From a virus: a stretch of 64,000 bases of DNA. Location: the IMG/VR virus record IMGVR_UViG_3300046455_000317, positions 3,003 through 67,002 of that record. One strand, given 5' to 3'. A model generated the notes under the pieces. The model was not told the DNA's origin and did not search any database. It saw only the letters and a program-made list of their open reading frames with translations. This document shows positions 62,928 to 64,000 of this stretch, in pieces; positions within the stretch are counted from its first letter, which is position 1; each line of letters starts with the position of its first letter. A program made the position numbers and the translations under genes.

Positions 62928-64000
62928 CTACTTGACGCCAATGACGTAGACCAATTCAAGCTTGGCCCTCGTGATGGCGACATAGCTGATATTGTCTTCC
63001 TCCACGGAGTTGGCCCGGAGGGTGTCGCGGAGCACGAACACCCGATTGGCCTCCAGACCCTTGGCGCGGTGGACGGAGGAGCAGGTCACCAAGCCCGCAT
63101 CGCCCAGCCCATCGTCCGTGAAGAGTGCCTCGATGCGCGCCGTGATCTCATCGACGTTCTTGGCCCCATCCGAAAGGGCCACCAGCATTTCCGCCTGGTC
63201 CTTGATGGCGTCGATCTTGGCTGGGTCGCGCTTGGCGGCCGTCAGGCGGAGCACTTCCCGCTCTTCCCACGCGGACACGCGGGTGAGGAACTCAGGGACT
63301 GACCGCGCCTTGAACTTGCGGACCAGCGTCTTGAGCCCACCACCGATATCGCGGCCTGCGATCCTGGTTCGCTTGCCGGCTCTGAGAAGGGACATCGCCG
63401 TGGAGACCAGTGGGGCGTTGAGTCGGGAGAGGATGAAGTCACCCACCCCAGCCGCCGCCACCAGTTTGTCGCTGCCGATGACCGCCACTGAACCCTCTGG
63501 GTTGCCCTCACCAGCGAGGAAGTCTGGGACAAACCGCTGGGCCTCTCCCACGATCACCCGGCCACAGCGATAGGTGGTCTTGAGCCCGAACTCAACTGCC
63601 TTGAGTTCCTCCTTCAGACGGCTCAGCGACTCACTGTCTGCTCCTCGGAAGGCATAGATGGCCTGACGGTCGTCACCGACCACGCAGATCCGGCCACGAC
63701 AAACGCCCTGGGCGATCTCCAACTGGGCCGTCGTCATATCCTGGGCCTCATCGACGACCACCAAGTCATACGAGGGAACCAACCACTGGTTCCGGACTGG
63801 GAGGAAGATCATATCGCTGAAGTCGATGGTCCCGCCTGAGGCTACCTGGGACGCCAGTTCCATCGCTTCGATGGCCTTGGCGCACACGTAGTCGAGGGTG
63901 AACTGCGTATTGGCCCACTCCTCGCCTGGCTCGCACTCGAACTGGACCGCGATGTCGATGAGTTCAGCCGCCTTGGTCGCGTGAGGCACCATCTCGCGTC
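62928..64000 (-). CDS. UvrD/Rep SF1 helicase, C-terminal part (start outside window)
   Basis: VVDEAQD, VGDDRQAIYAFRGA, TYRC, SVHRAKGLE, YVAITRA. Confidence 0.93.
   Translation of the reverse strand, partial: REMVPHATKAAELIDIAVQFECEPGEEWANTQFTLDYVCAKAIEAMELASQVASGGTIDFSDMIFLPVRNQWLVPSYDLVVVDEAQDMTTAQLEIAQGVCRGRICVVGDDRQAIYAFRGADSESLSRLKEELKAVEFGLKTTYRCGRVIVGEAQRFVPDFLAGEGNPEGSVAVIGSDKLVAAAGVGDFILSRLNAPLVSTAMSLLRAGKRTRIAGRDIGGGLKTLVRKFKARSVPEFLTRVSAWEEREVLRLTAAKRDPAKIDAIKDQAEMLVALSDGAKNVDEITARIEALFTDDGLGDAGLVTCSSVHRAKGLEANRVFVLRDTLRANSVEEDNISYVAITRAKLELVYVIGVK

Noticed and set aside
1-64000. Prophage with host flanks or integrase
   Set aside because: No integrase, att-like junction or host housekeeping block; both ends run into phage-type replication genes.

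Overview
Most of the genome of a GC-rich, long-tailed dsDNA phage (siphovirus layout). No integrase, tRNA, CRISPR array or recognisable endolysin was seen. Two minus-strand arms (1-22.9 kb and 55.9-64 kb) carry DNA-metabolism and early genes. These include a thymidine-hypermodification cluster (dUMP hydroxymethylase-like TS, aGPT-Pplase1, P-loop kinase, HD phosphatase, SAM methyltransferase, SPL-like radical SAM, FAD oxidoreductase, aldo-keto reductase, amino acid:DNA transferase), plus family A DNA polymerase, ligase, UvrD helicase and three cold-shock proteins. The plus-strand arm (23.1-55.4 kb) encodes primase/VapE, terminase, portal, head, neck, tail, tape measure and tail fibres. The most striking element is in the tail module: a large tail protein ends in about 55 His-x-Asp tripeptide repeats with mirror-symmetric spacing. 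It is translationally coupled to a radical SAM/SPASM enzyme that has its own HxD tail, followed by a Cys-rich/methyltransferase fusion. Together these look like a RiPP (triceptide)-type maturation cassette aimed at a virion protein. Other notable points are glycosyltransferase and methyltransferase genes in the neck cluster, a GH-A-like hydrolase splitting the MuF gene, HTH-like repeats in the tape measure, a family of palindromic intergenic elements whose core occurs in both orientations, and a conserved promoter family. All family calls come from motif recognition by eye, not database searches.
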